This document shows, piece after piece, positions 1 to 12,414 of a DNA stretch of 64,000 nt. Below the pieces are notes generated by a model. It did no database searches. It had not been told where the DNA came from and saw only the letters and a list, made by a program, of their open reading frames with translations. The stretch is from contig JAQGDQ010000424.1 in the NCBI GenBank assembly GCA_030141605.1, forward strand, positions 62,001 through 126,000. Direction: 5' to 3'. The position numbers and the translations under genes are program-made. Positions within the stretch are counted from its first letter, which is position 1. Each line of letters begins with the position of its first letter. This DNA is from Tubiluchus corallicola (Eukaryota > Animalia > Priapulida).

Positions 1-246
1 GATGATTTGTCTTTGAGGGACTTATATATGCTAGACAAATATGAAGGTTGATGTTGTACGTTAAGATATAAATATTTCGACATTCTTTATGAGTGCTAGC
101 ATCTTCATCACGTTGTTGAGAGCCCCCATGACGGATGTTGAAATATTTGTGTTTTAATACACATACACAATGTTTTTTTATGAACCATGAATTTTATTTT
201 ATGCATCAAAAATACAATATCAAACACATTAATAAACTTTAAATAA

Positions 247-662
247 AATAATTTGAGTAGTGCGAGGTGAGTGTACGACCATACGGTCTTTAACACACTC
301 ACCTTACTTAAATGGAAAAATGATTATAATTATGCATGCTTCTGTAGATAACTTAATGTAAATAAGGATGAAGTAAATGATGTAATAATTTGAGTAGTGC
401 GAGGTGAGTGTACGACCATACGGTCATCAACACACTCACCTTACTTAAATGAAAAAATGATTATAGTTATGCATGCTTCTGTAGATAACTTAATGTAAAT
501 AAGGATGAAGTAAATGATGTAATAATTTGAGTAGTGCGAGGTGAGTGTACGACCATACGGTCATCAACACACTCACCTTACTTAAATGAAAAAATGATTA
601 TAGTTATGCATGTTTCTGTAGATAACTTAATGTAAATAAGGATGAAGTAAATGATGTAATAA
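247..662. repeat. 137-bp tandem repeat, 3 copies
   Basis: aataatttgagtagtgcgaggtgag recurs at 247, 384 and 521, nearly identical. Confidence 0.95.
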
Positions 663-1211
663 TAGCAATGGTATAAGAGCAATAAACCTGAAAGTTGAGA
701 AAGGAAAACATAATATGTAATTACGACTTTGAGGGAGCCTTAAAGAGTGAAAACTTTTTTTAAATAGTTACGAATTGAATTATGTGATTATCTGTCAATG
801 CACCACTTACTTGTATTACAATGCACCATATTACTTACTTGTATATACAATGATATACATATACACATATATGTACCCAAATTTAAGTGGGGGAGAAGAG
901 ATTAAATTATACATTATACTTGTAGTAAAAACTATAATTGTATAGAACATTTAAATATAATTAACCGTAGCAATGTAGCCATCATAACCTTTAAAGATGG
1001 GCTATGGGGAGGGGGGGGGGCAAATTATAAGAATATGTTACCCATTGACACATTTATATTTGTTTAAAACAGAAAAATCTTTTACTTACGTAAAGTTTCA
1101 AAAATGCGTTTTAAAATTTTACGTTACACACATACCGTCTTATTGTTTACAGAGACTGTATTAACGGCAATGCTGTTTAAAATTTGTAAATTTGCGGCCA
1201 TTTCAACAGTA

Positions 1212-1793
1212 CAGTGTTCCCTCGCTATTTCGCGGTTCGTTTATCGCGGACTCGCTGTTTCGCTGGTTTTCACAAATATTAATGTAAAATATTTATCGCG
1301 GTATTTTCGCTGTTTTGCGGGTTTTTGCGGTACTCCGTCTAAAGTATTTTTGAACATGCGTAGTACGTATTGTACAGTAATGTATAGATATGATAAAAAT
1401 ATTAATTCTAACATTAAAAGAATATTATAATTCATAAAAAATACCGTTTACAGTAAGTAGTGTATTTATTCGGCGGATGAATACACACCAAAAACGAAAT
1501 GTACTACTTGCGCCTGCCTGAGATGCTACTGGCCGGCGTGAGACTGTACGTACACGTATCTAGGTTTAAGACTTTAAAACATTTAAGTAAAGTTTTTTAA
1601 AAGGTACATGTACAGTCTCGGAAAAGTCATTAAGGGAATGGGAAAGGGTTATGTATAAGAGTGTGGGGAGGGTTTATAAAGACTTAAAATAATGTATAAC
1701 TACTAAAATAAATATAGCGTCCCTACTTCGCTGAAATTCACTTATCGCGGGTGGGCCAGGAATGGAACACCCGCGATAAGTGAGGGAACACTG
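1212..1793 (+). mobile_element. Tc1/mariner (Tigger/pogo-like) MITE, family A, full copy
   Basis: TIRs cagtgttccctcgcta / taagtgagggaacactg, TA on both flanks; related copies at 43668 and 45482. Confidence 0.9.
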
Positions 1794-2047
1794 TAATTCG
1801 CTAGATGACGCTGTATAGATTTGAGGAAAATCAGGGGGGGGGTAATTTACTAATTTCTCTGGAATGGCATTACGTCTGAGATTAGTGTCGCCACTTTCTA
1901 GCTGCTAATCTAGCACAGTCCATTTCCTCTCGATGGCATCTAGAGGATCTGTTCAGTAGTGCGGTTGAAGTGATAAAGTGAAGCAGATCAATTTGTCCAG
2001 TTGCTTGAGGTCCCAGGCAACTCAATTTAATTTCGCACTGTTATTAA

Positions 2048-2501
2048 AGGAAGACAGGATGATTTTTCGTATACTATCCCATTTTCAAGTCAGATAAAAG
2101 TATACGTTTTGACACAATATTGCAAAAGCGTTTCCGATAATTAAATAATAGATTAGAAACTTAATTAATGGCGTGCGAGCCCTCAAGTTTCAAATTTACT
2201 GCTGTGCTCACGCATGAGCTATTGAACGTGTGCAGTTCATCACAAACTAACACATCTGAACTGAGAGGTACAGCACTTGTTTTTTGTGCAGTTGTTTCCG
2301 AAATGCAGGGCTAGTGCCCTTCTAACTAGCGAATGGTTAAATGCATGTAACAGCGAACAACTAGTGGCACGAATGCAAAATTGTGTTTGTGGTAATAATT
2401 CCTTCACGTAAGTCATTTTTGAAAAAATAGTAAGTTTCCTTTCAATATTTTAAAGAGTAGATTTTTTTTACCTACAGTTTAAGATTGGGTCTGGTTTTGC
2501 T
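2048..2501 (+). mobile_element. Kolobok-like MITE, family B, internally deleted
   Basis: TTAA|aggaagacagg ... ctggttttgct|TTAA; purine-purine terminus with TTAA TSD; five related copies in window. Confidence 0.8.
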
Positions 2502-2514
2502 TTAAATAGTTATA

Positions 2515-2799
2515 GAACAAGAACAAGAGTGGTCCTATACCCCCGGGTGTTGGGATAGCTGGTTGCAGCAGATATTTATGAAGACTTGGCTCAAAATGAC
2601 AAAGGAAGATGAGAGAGTAGCCTGTCGTTCTGCTGTCTTCCTTTCCCAAGTACGTGACTTGTCTGAGTAGAGCTAGAAAAGCAGCCAGAGAGTCTTATTC
2701 GAGTGGAACGTAGCTGGAAAAATCCTGCCACTAGTGGGTTTTGAACCCGGAACTTCTTGTGTGGCAGTTAGTCGCTGTAACCACTATGCTATGGCTGCT
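2515..2799 (-). mobile_element. tRNA-derived SINE
   Basis: Minus strand reads A-box-like tagcatagtgg and B-box-like ggttcaaaacc, and ends in a (cttgtt)n tail. Confidence 0.7.
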
Positions 2800-3389
2800 A
2801 TTGGCTTTCTGTTTACACTGAGTAAAAAGTTTAGGAGCACTTTACTGAATGAGAACAATGCAACAGCTATGAGGAAACAGCAAATGTTTAGCGACATGAC
2901 GGCTTGATTTAGCGATAGCGACCTCTAGACAGCGTTTCTGTTCTAAAAACTATAAAAATTATCAAGAGATTTAATCATAATCAGGCGATGCATCAACAGA
3001 AATACTAGCACCGACATTGTGTTTGCAGTAGAATACTTTGTTAAGATTAGATTATCTCTTATATTAATATTCTTGGTATATATATTTATATATAAGATTC
3101 GAGGCTACAGCTCCGACGAGGGCACCATTTGGGGCGATCTATATATCAAACGAAAGGTCTCGATCTAGTGTCGTGCCATTGATGGTTTATTTTTCGAATC
3201 GGGCCCACCGGGAGAAAGGGGAGGCGAAAAACCTCCAAAAATGCCCCTTTTTCGACCGTTTTTTGCAAAAAATTGCAAAAGTTATACGGCTGAGATGTAG
3301 AGAACGGGAATATTAGATTAGTTTTATTCAATCCAAATATGCAATTGTACATATACAACAAAATCTTATAAATAAATATGATTACCTAA

Positions 3390-3750
3390 TGTCTTAGGAA
3401 GGGGAAAGCCACCAGGCACGAATGAACGTACGGTGGCCCACATTAATTAGTTATTTCTATTAAATTTACAAGAAGAATTAAAAATCAAACGTAAGTAGTT
3501 TAAGTAGCATTAACAATCTCCGACGGTAAACTGTTCCACGCATCGATCACCCTGTTTGCAAAAGAGTATTTAAAAACATAAATACGACAATAATTTTTGT
3601 ACAACTTGTAACTATGGTCCTTTAATCCGAGACTAGGTGCGTAGGTAAAAAAAATCGTTAAAACTCATAAGTGCGTGGAGCAAATTTTGTACACCATTTT
3701 CATATCAAAAATAAACGTCTGGTTTCAAGAGCCTGTAGTTTCAAATGGTC
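3390..3750 (-). mobile_element. CR1/L2-group LINE 3' fragment
   Basis: Minus strand translates to ...KDHSYKLYKNYCRIYVFKYSFANRVIDAWNSLPSEIVNA, the typical ORF2 C-terminal F.NRV...WNSLP motif, with stops and frameshifts. Confidence 0.82.
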
Positions 3751-4119
3751 CGGTGTACTAAAGTCGTTAACATAAGTTAACCCACATTTCTGTATGTTAA
3801 TGCAAGTCGATAGGATTTGCTTATAATGTATGCCAGCCAATATGGCCTGTTAGCTCACTGTTAAAGCATTGAAAGTCTGGATCTCAGAATCGATGTTTTT
3901 TCAGCATGGTCATTAAACAATACTAACTAATAGTGAAAGTCATAAAAAAGTAAACAAGCCTATGAACTAAAATAGTGAAAACAAACCCCATGAGTTGCTA
4001 GAACAGTGCATTAATGGCAAAAGCAGTGCAAAGAAACTTATGTAGCAGTTAAAGCAGTGCAAAAAACTAATTAACATCTAATGGGTAGGCAGGTAGGTAG
4101 ATATGGTAATAGTAGAATG

Positions 4120-5110
4120 GGTAAGTAAAGATTAATATGTAGTTGGGTAAGTACGTAGGTAAGTAGGTTAGTAAGCAAGAGAGTAGATACAGATTAATAG
4201 GTAGTTGGGTAGGTGCGTAGGTAAGTAGGTTAGTAAGCAAGTGAGTAGATACAGATTAATAGGTAGTTGGGTAGGTGCGTAGGTAAGTAGGTTAGTAAGC
4301 AAGTGAATAGATACAGATTAATAGGTAGTTGGGTAGATGCGTAGGTAAGTAGGTTAGTAAGCAAGTGAGTAGATACAGATTAATAGGTAGTTGGGTAGGT
4401 ACGTAGGTAAGTAGGTTAGTAAGCAAGTGAGTAGATACAGATTAATAGGTAGTTGGGTAGGTGCGTAGGTAAGTAGGTTAGTAAGCAAGTGAGTAGATAC
4501 AGATTAATAGGTAGTTGGGTAGGTGCGTAGGTAAGTAGGTTAGTAAGCAAGTGAATAGATACAGATTAATAGGTAGTTGGGTAGATGCGTAGGTAAGTAG
4601 GTTAGTAAGCAAGTGAGTAGATACAGATTAATAGGTAGTTGGGTAGGTACGTAGGTAAGTAGGTTAGTAAGCAAGTGAGTAGATACAGATTAATAGGTAG
4701 TTGGGTAGGTGCGTAGGTAAGTAGGTTAGTAAGCAAGTTAGTAAGCAAGTGAGTAGATACAGATTAATAGGTAGTTGGGTAGGTACGTAGGTTAGTAAGC
4801 AAGTGAGTAGATACAGATTAATAGGTAGTTGGGTAGGCACGTAGGTAAGTAGGTTAGTAAGCAAGTGAGTAGATACAGATTAATAGGTAGTTGGGTAGAT
4901 GCGTAGGTAAGTAGGTTAGTAAGCAAGTGAGTAGATACAGATTAATAGGTAGTTGAGTAGGTACGTAGGTAAGTAGGTTAGTAAGCAAGTGAGTAGATAC
5001 AGATTAATAGGTAGTTGGGTAGGTAGGTTAGTAAGCAGGTGAATAGGTAAAGATTAATAGGTAGGTGGGTATGTAGGTAAGCAAGTAGTTAGGTAGGTAT
5101 GTACTAGGCA
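4120..5110. repeat. 62-bp minisatellite, about 15 copies, built on (GTAG)n
   Basis: gagtagatacagattaatag recurs at 4181, 4243 and onward; degenerate GTAG-rich flanks. Confidence 0.95.
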
Positions 5111-5788
5111 GGCAAATCAATAGGTAAGCAGTGAAGCCAAGTAATAAGGTAGGTAAGACTGACAGGCTCCCATCTCCACACACAAAAATCCCGCAAGTGC
5201 TACAGGACTTGCGCTGTTTAAAGTATCCCCTGTCCAAGTGTCATTGCCCATTGTCCAAATGCCCTACTGCTCAAGTGTTCACTGTCCACGTACCAGTGCT
5301 CATTTGTCCATTGCCAATGTCCATGTGTTCATTATCCAACTGTCCACTGCCAAGTATCCACTCCCCAAACATCTACCACCGGAGTGACCGTGATAAATGA
5401 AACAACCCAAATTTCCAGAGGCAGTTTTACTGACTGTTGTCCATCCATTTACTAATCAGGCCCAGCGTTAATTAACTATTGTTGCTACCTCAACTTGGCC
5501 ACTTGACTATTGTCCTCACCTAAATGTTATAAAAATAATTAATTGTTGCAATTTCTAGAAAGTCAATTTTACAATTTTCTTTGCAAGACTTACGGCAAAA
5601 CATTTGCCATAAGATACATATAATGCAGATTGATTCATTCCTTTCCTTTCTCCTTTCCTCCAGGGATGCCTAATTGCTTAATTACTCTTCTCCTTCTTTC
5701 GTTATTTCCTGTAATCACATTAAGCGAATCGTAATTCTACATCACTGACGTGTAGATGGCCACGGAGACAATCATCTGATACACCCCG

Positions 5789-5807
5789 CAGCCACCAGGG
5801 GGCTCTA
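5789..5807 (+). promoter_or_regulatory. Candidate CTCF binding site
   Basis: cagccaccagggggctcta closely matches the CTCF core consensus GCCACCAGGGGGCGCTA; motif match only. Confidence 0.45.
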
Positions 5808-6239
5808 AGTCACCCACATTCAATCAGCGATCAGTTTGTTCCATGTATAATTGACAAGTAATCTAAGGATTTAGTAACACAAGAATTCCTTTGCACATAA
5901 TAATTTGCTGTAGCGTATTACATGGCAGTGCGTTGCCTGGCAACGGCTGCCAGTCGATATCCCTGCTTCTTTCTACCATGTTTGTTAGATCGATGCTGGG
6001 CTGAGCCTCAAGGCTTCGACGTGCGTTCGTAGTTAGGAATAGAATGTACTCAATTCACTTATAGGACGATTAGTTACTTTAACAACCAAAAAATCCTTTC
6101 TGTTTTGTTTTGTACAGGTGAAACAGAAAGTTATACCTGTACTTTGCTATATTTTATCCATCGCGTCTTGCTAGTCAAAACTGTCTCATAAACTTTTTTG
6201 CTAAATGCTAAAAGTGCAATTTCATTTGTAAGATAGATA

Positions 6240-6880
6240 CAGTCCTATCCTGTCCTACCTTGCAGCTCTGGCTAGTCCTGTCCAGTCCAGTTCGTCCTGT
6301 CATGTCCTGTCGTCCCATCCCGGTCTGTCCTGTCGTCCCATCCCGTTCTGTCCTGTCGTCTTATCCTGTCCTGTCCTGTCCTGTCATGTCCAGTTCGTCC
6401 TGTTTTTGTCCTGCAGTCCTGTCCTGTCCAGTTCGTCCTGTCTTGTCCTCTTATCTTATCCCGTTCTGTCCTATCATCTTATCCTGTCCTGTCGTGTCCA
6501 GTTCGTCCTGTCTTGTCCTGCAGTCCTGTCCTATCCAATTCGTCCTGTCTTGTCTTGTCCTGCTCTGTCTTGCCCTGTGCTGTCATATCCTGTCCTGTCA
6601 TGTCCAGTTCATCCTGTATTGTCCTGCCCTGTCTTGTCCTGTGCTGTCGTATCCTGTCCTGTCCTGTCCTGTCCTGTCCAGTTCATCCTGTCTTGTCTTG
6701 TCTTGTCCTGTCCTGTCCAGTTCGTCCTGTCTTGTCTTGTCTTGTCCTGCCCTGTCCAGTTCGTCCTGTCTTGTCTTGTCTTGTCTTGTCCTGTCCTGTC
6801 CAGTTCGTCCTGTCTTGTCCTGTTATCCTCTCCTGTTCTCTCCTGTCGTGTTATCCTGTCCTGTCTGGTCCTGCTCCATG
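6240..6880. repeat. (GTCCT/GTCTT)n degenerate pentanucleotide microsatellite
   Basis: Read directly; explains the three VLSCP-type ORFs. Confidence 0.95.
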
Positions 6881-7442
6881 CAGTGCACTGTCTTACTTTG
6901 TTCTGTGCTATTTTACCTTGCCGTATTCTGTTGTCTGTATTCTGATACGTACGACTTAAATACTTAGAAAGGATTTTGTTTTTGTTTAATCACAACTACG
7001 TAAATCGACTTCTACACTTTAAAACTCACTGAGGCAGGCAGTGAGACCCGTGGATTCGACTGTGTGAGGAAAATTGATTCATCTGGAGAGTGGGTAGTGC
7101 AATCCAGCGAAACTAACACAGGAAATTGAACTGTTATGTTGCCGGCATTATTCATCATAAATCCATTCAACCCTTGTAATACCCACATTATGGAACTGGA
7201 TTATGATAAATAATGTCAATTTTGCAATGCCAGTGTCTGCTTGTTTGTGCTGAATTTATAAGTTGAAACTAGCGACCTCTTGGTAATTAATGTGAAAACC
7301 TGCAGCAAGTTGATAAGGTCATGAGGTTATATGTGGAGTAGAACTAATTCTTAAACTATTTTGGCAAGAGTCTTTGTCACAGAGCTGTGTCTTTGTCACA
7401 GAGCTGCAGTGATTCTTACACATCTGTATTTGATAATATTAA

Positions 7443-8058
7443 AACAAAACTGGACCCAATCTTGAACTGTAGGTCAAAACAATCTACTCTTTGAAATATC
7501 GAAAGAAAACATTATTTTTTCAAAAATGTCTTACGCGAAAGAATTATTCCCGCACAAACACAATTTCGCGTTTGTGCCACTAATTCTTCGCTGTTATATG
7601 CATTTCACCATTTGCTAGTTAGACGGACACTAGCGCCTGCATTTCGGTAGCGAAATGGAAAAAAACGGTTGCTGTACCTCTCAGTTTAGATGTTTTAGTT
7701 TGTGATGAACTGCACACGTTCGATAACTCATGTGTGAGCACAGTAGTAAAGTTAAAATTTGAATTTTTATCTTAAAACATGCATAGTTTTAGTACAACAC
7801 ACTGAATACCTTACAATAGCACTGTACTTCAATTTTCGCTTTTACAAACACATGTAACACGCTCGTGGAACATTTTTGCTGTTGAAAATTATGTTAGTTT
7901 GTGGTGTCATCAATAGTTGGGCTCGAATGCTGTTAATTAAGTTTTTAATTTATTATTTAACTACCAGAAACGCTTTTGCAGTATTAACTGTGTCAAAATG
8001 TATACTTTTGATCGGACTTGAAAATGGGGTGGTATATGAAAAATTATCCTGTCTTCTT
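7443..8058 (-). mobile_element. Kolobok-like MITE, family B, full copy in reverse
   Basis: Reverse complement of the 2048 and 26390 copies; TTAA at both flanks. Confidence 0.8.
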
Positions 8059-8357
8059 TTAACATTTAATTAAGAAAAAATGTACTTGTTTGTTTTTACA
8101 CGTGGCAAATGTAAGAAATGATGTTACCAATGACAGAAATCTTTAGACTGCTGAAGATGTCCGCCCGGACAGAAACATTTAACATAAATTTCATAACATG
8201 TAGTACTTTGTTATCATTATTATTTCTTATTAGATGGGTTCCCACTTCTGCTTCTAGTAGTAATAAGAATCTGTAAAAATATATGTAAAATGTGTGGAAT
8301 AGGTTCATAAGATGTTAGTGAATAAGGATCCCCGACGGAGTAAATAGTTACAACACT

Positions 8358-8847
8358 CAGGGTTCCCACGGTCAGTAAAAACCCTGGAAAGTCCTTGAAA
8401 ATGCGGGCTATCCAGGAAAGTCATGGAAAAGATAGGGAAAAAGATAATTTGGTAAAAAGTCAGGGAAAACGACGAAAATGGGGCGAAAAGTCAAAGAAAT
8501 TGAAAAGGGTTGCAAAAATAATCACAGAGAACCGATATTTTTCCAAACATATTTTTCAGCGATTCGCATTCAAATAAAATTTCGCTCTGGCAGGCTCCCA
8601 GTTTCGACTTCTGTTCCAAAAATAATGATTGGATTAAGAAAGTTTATTTAATGTGATTAGTGTAATTTCGTTAGCACTACTGCAACTGTGCAGACACGTT
8701 ATATATATGCATATGTATGAAAACGTTTGAATATGTATACTGTCAATACAATTTCTGCTTATCTTGGTCGTGGAATGTCAATAATTGGCCAGGGAAAAGT
8801 CATGGAAAAGTAAGGCAAATTTATTTTAAAATTCTGTGGGAACCCTG
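8358..8847. mobile_element. hAT-like MITE with 6-bp TSD
   Basis: 12-bp perfect TIR cagggttcccac / gtgggaaccctg; AACACT on both flanks; subterminal (t)ggaaa(a)gtc repeats. Confidence 0.85.
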
Positions 8848-8879
8848 AACACTCAGTTTCCAAACCTCAACACACAAGA

Positions 8880-9095
8880 AAAGCAGGTGGCTATCTTCAT
8901 CGCTCCTGTACATTTTCTACCCCCCGGTACCTGACCAGGTACTCAACAAGGCTGAGTCAGTGTAGGAGAATGGCCGGAAAATCTTTTTTGAGTGCTTTTT
9001 GGCTCAAGAAATCTTCGACGTGAGCGGAAACAGGGAATCCAACCCAGAACCACCGAATCGGAAGCCAAGTTCCGTAACCGTTCAGCCACATGATG
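8880..9095 (-). mobile_element. tRNA-derived SINE fragment
   Basis: Minus strand A-box-like tggctgaacgg and B-box-like ggttggattcc, then gactcagccttgttgagtacc. Confidence 0.55.
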
Positions 9096-9737
9096 ACTGC
9101 CCATGAGTTTACGCAATGTAAACTGAACTATTTGATGATGGAAGATCATTCGGATTGGAAAGCCACAAACCATTTGAACAATTATTTTACAAGCACTAAC
9201 AGAAAAGCTGGCTGATTTTGGGTAATGATATATATGACCAATGATAAAAGGAGCTATCAGCTGCTGTGGGGGTTTGAACTGGAGATGCAACATTCATTTC
9301 TTTAATTTTGTTATCTGGCAAACTTGCATAGCTACAGTTTACTCTCATAATGAAATTTCATTATTGGCCAGGAGGCAATTTATAAACGAACCAATAATGA
9401 CTGTTTTATTAATGCACGGATGCATAGTGACGTCGTGAATTTTCCTTGCGTAGTGACGTCATACATTTGCCTTGTGACTTCAATTAATCACAATAAAATG
9501 ACGTGACAGCTGACGCACTGTATGTAGAGTACCAGCGGTGACGTCACGCGTAATGATTTTGCACTCTTGCCGCGTGCTGCATGCTGGACAATTCGTCTGA
9601 CACGTTGACGAAGTCAGCAATTTGCATGATGACGTCACAGCTGAAGCCAGGCGCTGGATTGTAGCCGAGCCATAAATTGCGTTTGACTAAAGCCATAATA
9701 ACGTCGTGGGATGTTTTATATTGTATAAACTTACAGG

Positions 9738-9988
9738 GCAATTGATTTGCATGTTCGTAAAATCTTCAATTCAGTTTAATACATTTTATTGTCTTTAGCA
9801 TAAAACAGTCATACGAAGTGCATAAAATTGCCATCACAAACACAAAAATACCAGTATTGCTTAAGCAATTGATTTGCATGTTCGTAAAATCTTCAATTCA
9901 GTTTAATACATTTTATTGTCTTTAGCATAAAGCAGTCGTACGAAGTGCATAAAATTGCCATCACAAACACACAAATACCAGTATTGCT
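9738..9988. repeat. 127-bp direct tandem duplication
   Basis: gcaattgatttgcatgttcg at 9738 and 9865, near identical. Confidence 0.92.
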
Positions 9989-10171
9989 CAAACTTGTTTG
10001 ACAGCCGGCAGCAGATGTCACAGACAGTAAATAAGGAAAATTTGTAAAAGTCCGCTGTTTGACTTTGTGTATGGTTTGTCTGTAGTTACTGAATCTTTCT
10101 GTCTTTGTGTCTGAATTTCTATGTCTCTCTTAATCTCCCTTCTCCTCCTCCTCTTGCTGTATCTCTCTCAC

Positions 10172-10625
10172 CTTGAAGTCTTGAATAATATAGTTCTAAT
10201 AGTCTTTGACGACATACTAGAAGTTTTGAGGTGCACATGTTTAGTATACACGCTGCAACTCTCTAACTGGTGATGGTATTAGAGGTTATGTGAAGAGGTG
10301 AAACAAGCAATGCAAACATGGTGGGTGCGAGCTTAAAAACACAGTTAGGATTAGAGACAGGTTAGTTAGGATGGCACCTTTATAGTAGAAATAGCAGAGG
10401 GTGTTAGTGCTCGGAAGTGATCTCTAGAAGCGATTTCTCTTATATCCGGTGGAGGTTTGTTCCACAAACGTATTGCTCTGGGGTAGAAGGAGTTTAAATA
10501 TTGACTCTTGCCGATGGCTGAACAAATTTGTTGTTATCTTTGAGAGATGGGGTGATGTAAGTTGGTAAATTTATACCTATCCTGTGATGCACTATATAAT
10601 GAAAGAGGTTTAGTATCGTTTGTCG
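10172..10625 (-). mobile_element. CR1/L2-group LINE 3' fragment
   Basis: Minus strand YLNSFYPRAIRLWNKPPPDI (SF.PR.IR.WN.LP motif), followed by a 3' UTR and short ttcaag repeats. Confidence 0.78.
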
Positions 10626-10639
10626 GCATCTAATTGCTC

Positions 10640-10814
10640 ACCCGCCTTTTCTCTCACTCACTCTTTTTCTCCCTCACTAGCTCTCTTTCTCTCTCTCCCT
10701 CTGCCTCCCCTCTCTTTCTTTATCCCCCTCTTTCTTTCTCTTGCTGTATCTCTCTTCCTCACTCAGTTTCTCTTTTCAATTTCTATATCTCTTCCTCCAC
10801 CTCTCTTCCTTCAC

Positions 10815-10849
<35 letters not shown>

Positions 10850-11005
10850 ATGTCTCTTAGTGTATCTCTCTGCTTCCCATTCTCTTTCTTTGTCTCTCTC
10901 AAAATCTTTTTCTCTCTTTCTATCTGTATCTCTCTCATTCGTTCTCTCTGTCTTCTCTACTTTTTTCTCTCTTCCTCTATGCATCCTCTTTCTTTCTCTG
11001 TCTCC

Positions 11006-11082
<77 letters not shown>

Positions 11083-11180
11083 CTCTTTCTCACTTCTGTA
11101 TCTTTGTTTTGCTCTTTCTTTTTTGTTTGCCCTCTCTTTTTTGTGATTTTTCCCAGTGGTCACTCTTGGCTCTCTCTTTT
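10640..11180. repeat. (CT)n-rich polypyrimidine tract, about 540 bp
   Basis: Read directly; perfect (CT)n runs near 10818-10845 and 11040-11078. Confidence 0.95.
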
Positions 11181-11610
11181 TGATACTAATTCTGAGTAGT
11201 TTCTTTCGCTGTACCGATTATGGCTGTTTACTTCTTACAAGCACGATGTGTAATTGTGTCTACATCTGAATGTGACTAAGCTCAGTGGCTTATCTTAGAG
11301 AGATCCTTGACAATGCACCAAATTCCAGTCCTGCCACACGCACCTGCTCCGAGTAGGTCCTGTTATTGAAATTCTGGCTTGCAGTGCGTAAAAGTACACA
11401 AAAATGTTACACTCCGATCTCTTTTTTATTTGTAGGATCCCAAAAAATTCAATTTGGTTTAATACATTTTGTTGTTTTTAAAATAAAACAGTCATATAAA
11501 GTGTCACCACACAAAACTGCCACCACAAACACATCACAAGGTAGCGGCATTGCTTTGGGGCTGTTGGGTGTGCGACCGCACAGAATGGCCAATATCACAA
11601 TTTACGACTG

Positions 11611-11771
11611 CAGAGTTTTTCTAAATTGATATCAATGAAGAATTACCTTCGCTTAACTATGAGCAATCATGGAGTCACTAGCTTTCTATAAAAAGAGAGT
11701 TTACCGAATTATTTGATGTTGAAGAGGTCATAAAGGACTTTGCAATTCAAAAAATGAGGTTAAACATCTAG
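11611..11771 (+). pseudogene. hAT transposase C-terminal dimerisation-domain remnant
   Basis: Translates SFSKLISMKNYLRLTMSN, then after a frameshift FDVEEVIKDFAIQK; matches hAT/ZMYM1-like SFSKLKLIKNYLRSTM...D.IIDDFA..K. Confidence 0.75.
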
Positions 11772-12282
11772 TTTTTCAGTATTTTTTATATTTTCGGAAA
11801 GAATAGATGCCTTTGTCCAATATTCTTCCATATTTTTTGGGGGGAGGGGCGACGGGACAAATATTTAAGTTTTATCTAATCACTTTCAACTTTTCACCTC
11901 TTTTAGACTTTATTATTATTTTTGATGTTTTAAATTGAGTTACTAAATTTCTTTTTTATTATTGTCTTTCTGCACAGGTGTAAAATTTCGTCATAGTTAC
12001 AGCGAATTACATAATTACGTCGATCATTAAATGAAATGTAAATGTTTCATATACGTGTGTTTGTCGCGGTCAAAGGTGTGTTACATTCATGTAAGGGGTG
12101 GCCAATTTGGCTACTGCACAGGGTGGCCAACCCCCCCCCTCTTCCCTCCCACACAACCGAGTCAAGGTTCTGTGAAGAATCTTTTTCTTTTTTCTCAATA
12201 ATGATCTCATGAAACAGTGTGACCATGTTACTATTTTGCACTTATTATCTACAACATGTACAGGTCCTCTCTTGTTTTGCAG

Positions 12283-12414
12283 ATAGTGCTACAATCCCGT
12301 GATTACAATGCCTTGACCATGAGTGTGATGGCATTCGTTTCAATGATCTATCCGCTGGAGTACATGTTTCCAGTCATTCCGTTGCTTCCAACGTGCATGT
12401 GCAATGCGGAGCAG
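12283..12414 (+). CDS. MADD: MADD exon A (DENN domain)
   Basis: ttgcag|ATA ... CAG|gtaaag; [44 protein letters not shown]; phase 0-0. Confidence 0.96.

Noticed and set aside
3083-3380. Possible Helitron/HINE-like element
   Set aside because: Some motifs are suggestive (atatcaaacgaaagg) but I could not define termini or a second copy.
6260-6967. Cys/Leu/Ser-rich ORFs resembling metallothionein or keratin-associated proteins
   Set aside because: Translation of a (GTCCT)n microsatellite, giving the same peptide in all three frames.
10620-11183. Leu/Ser-rich and ER-repeat ORFs
   Set aside because: Translation of a (CT)n tract.
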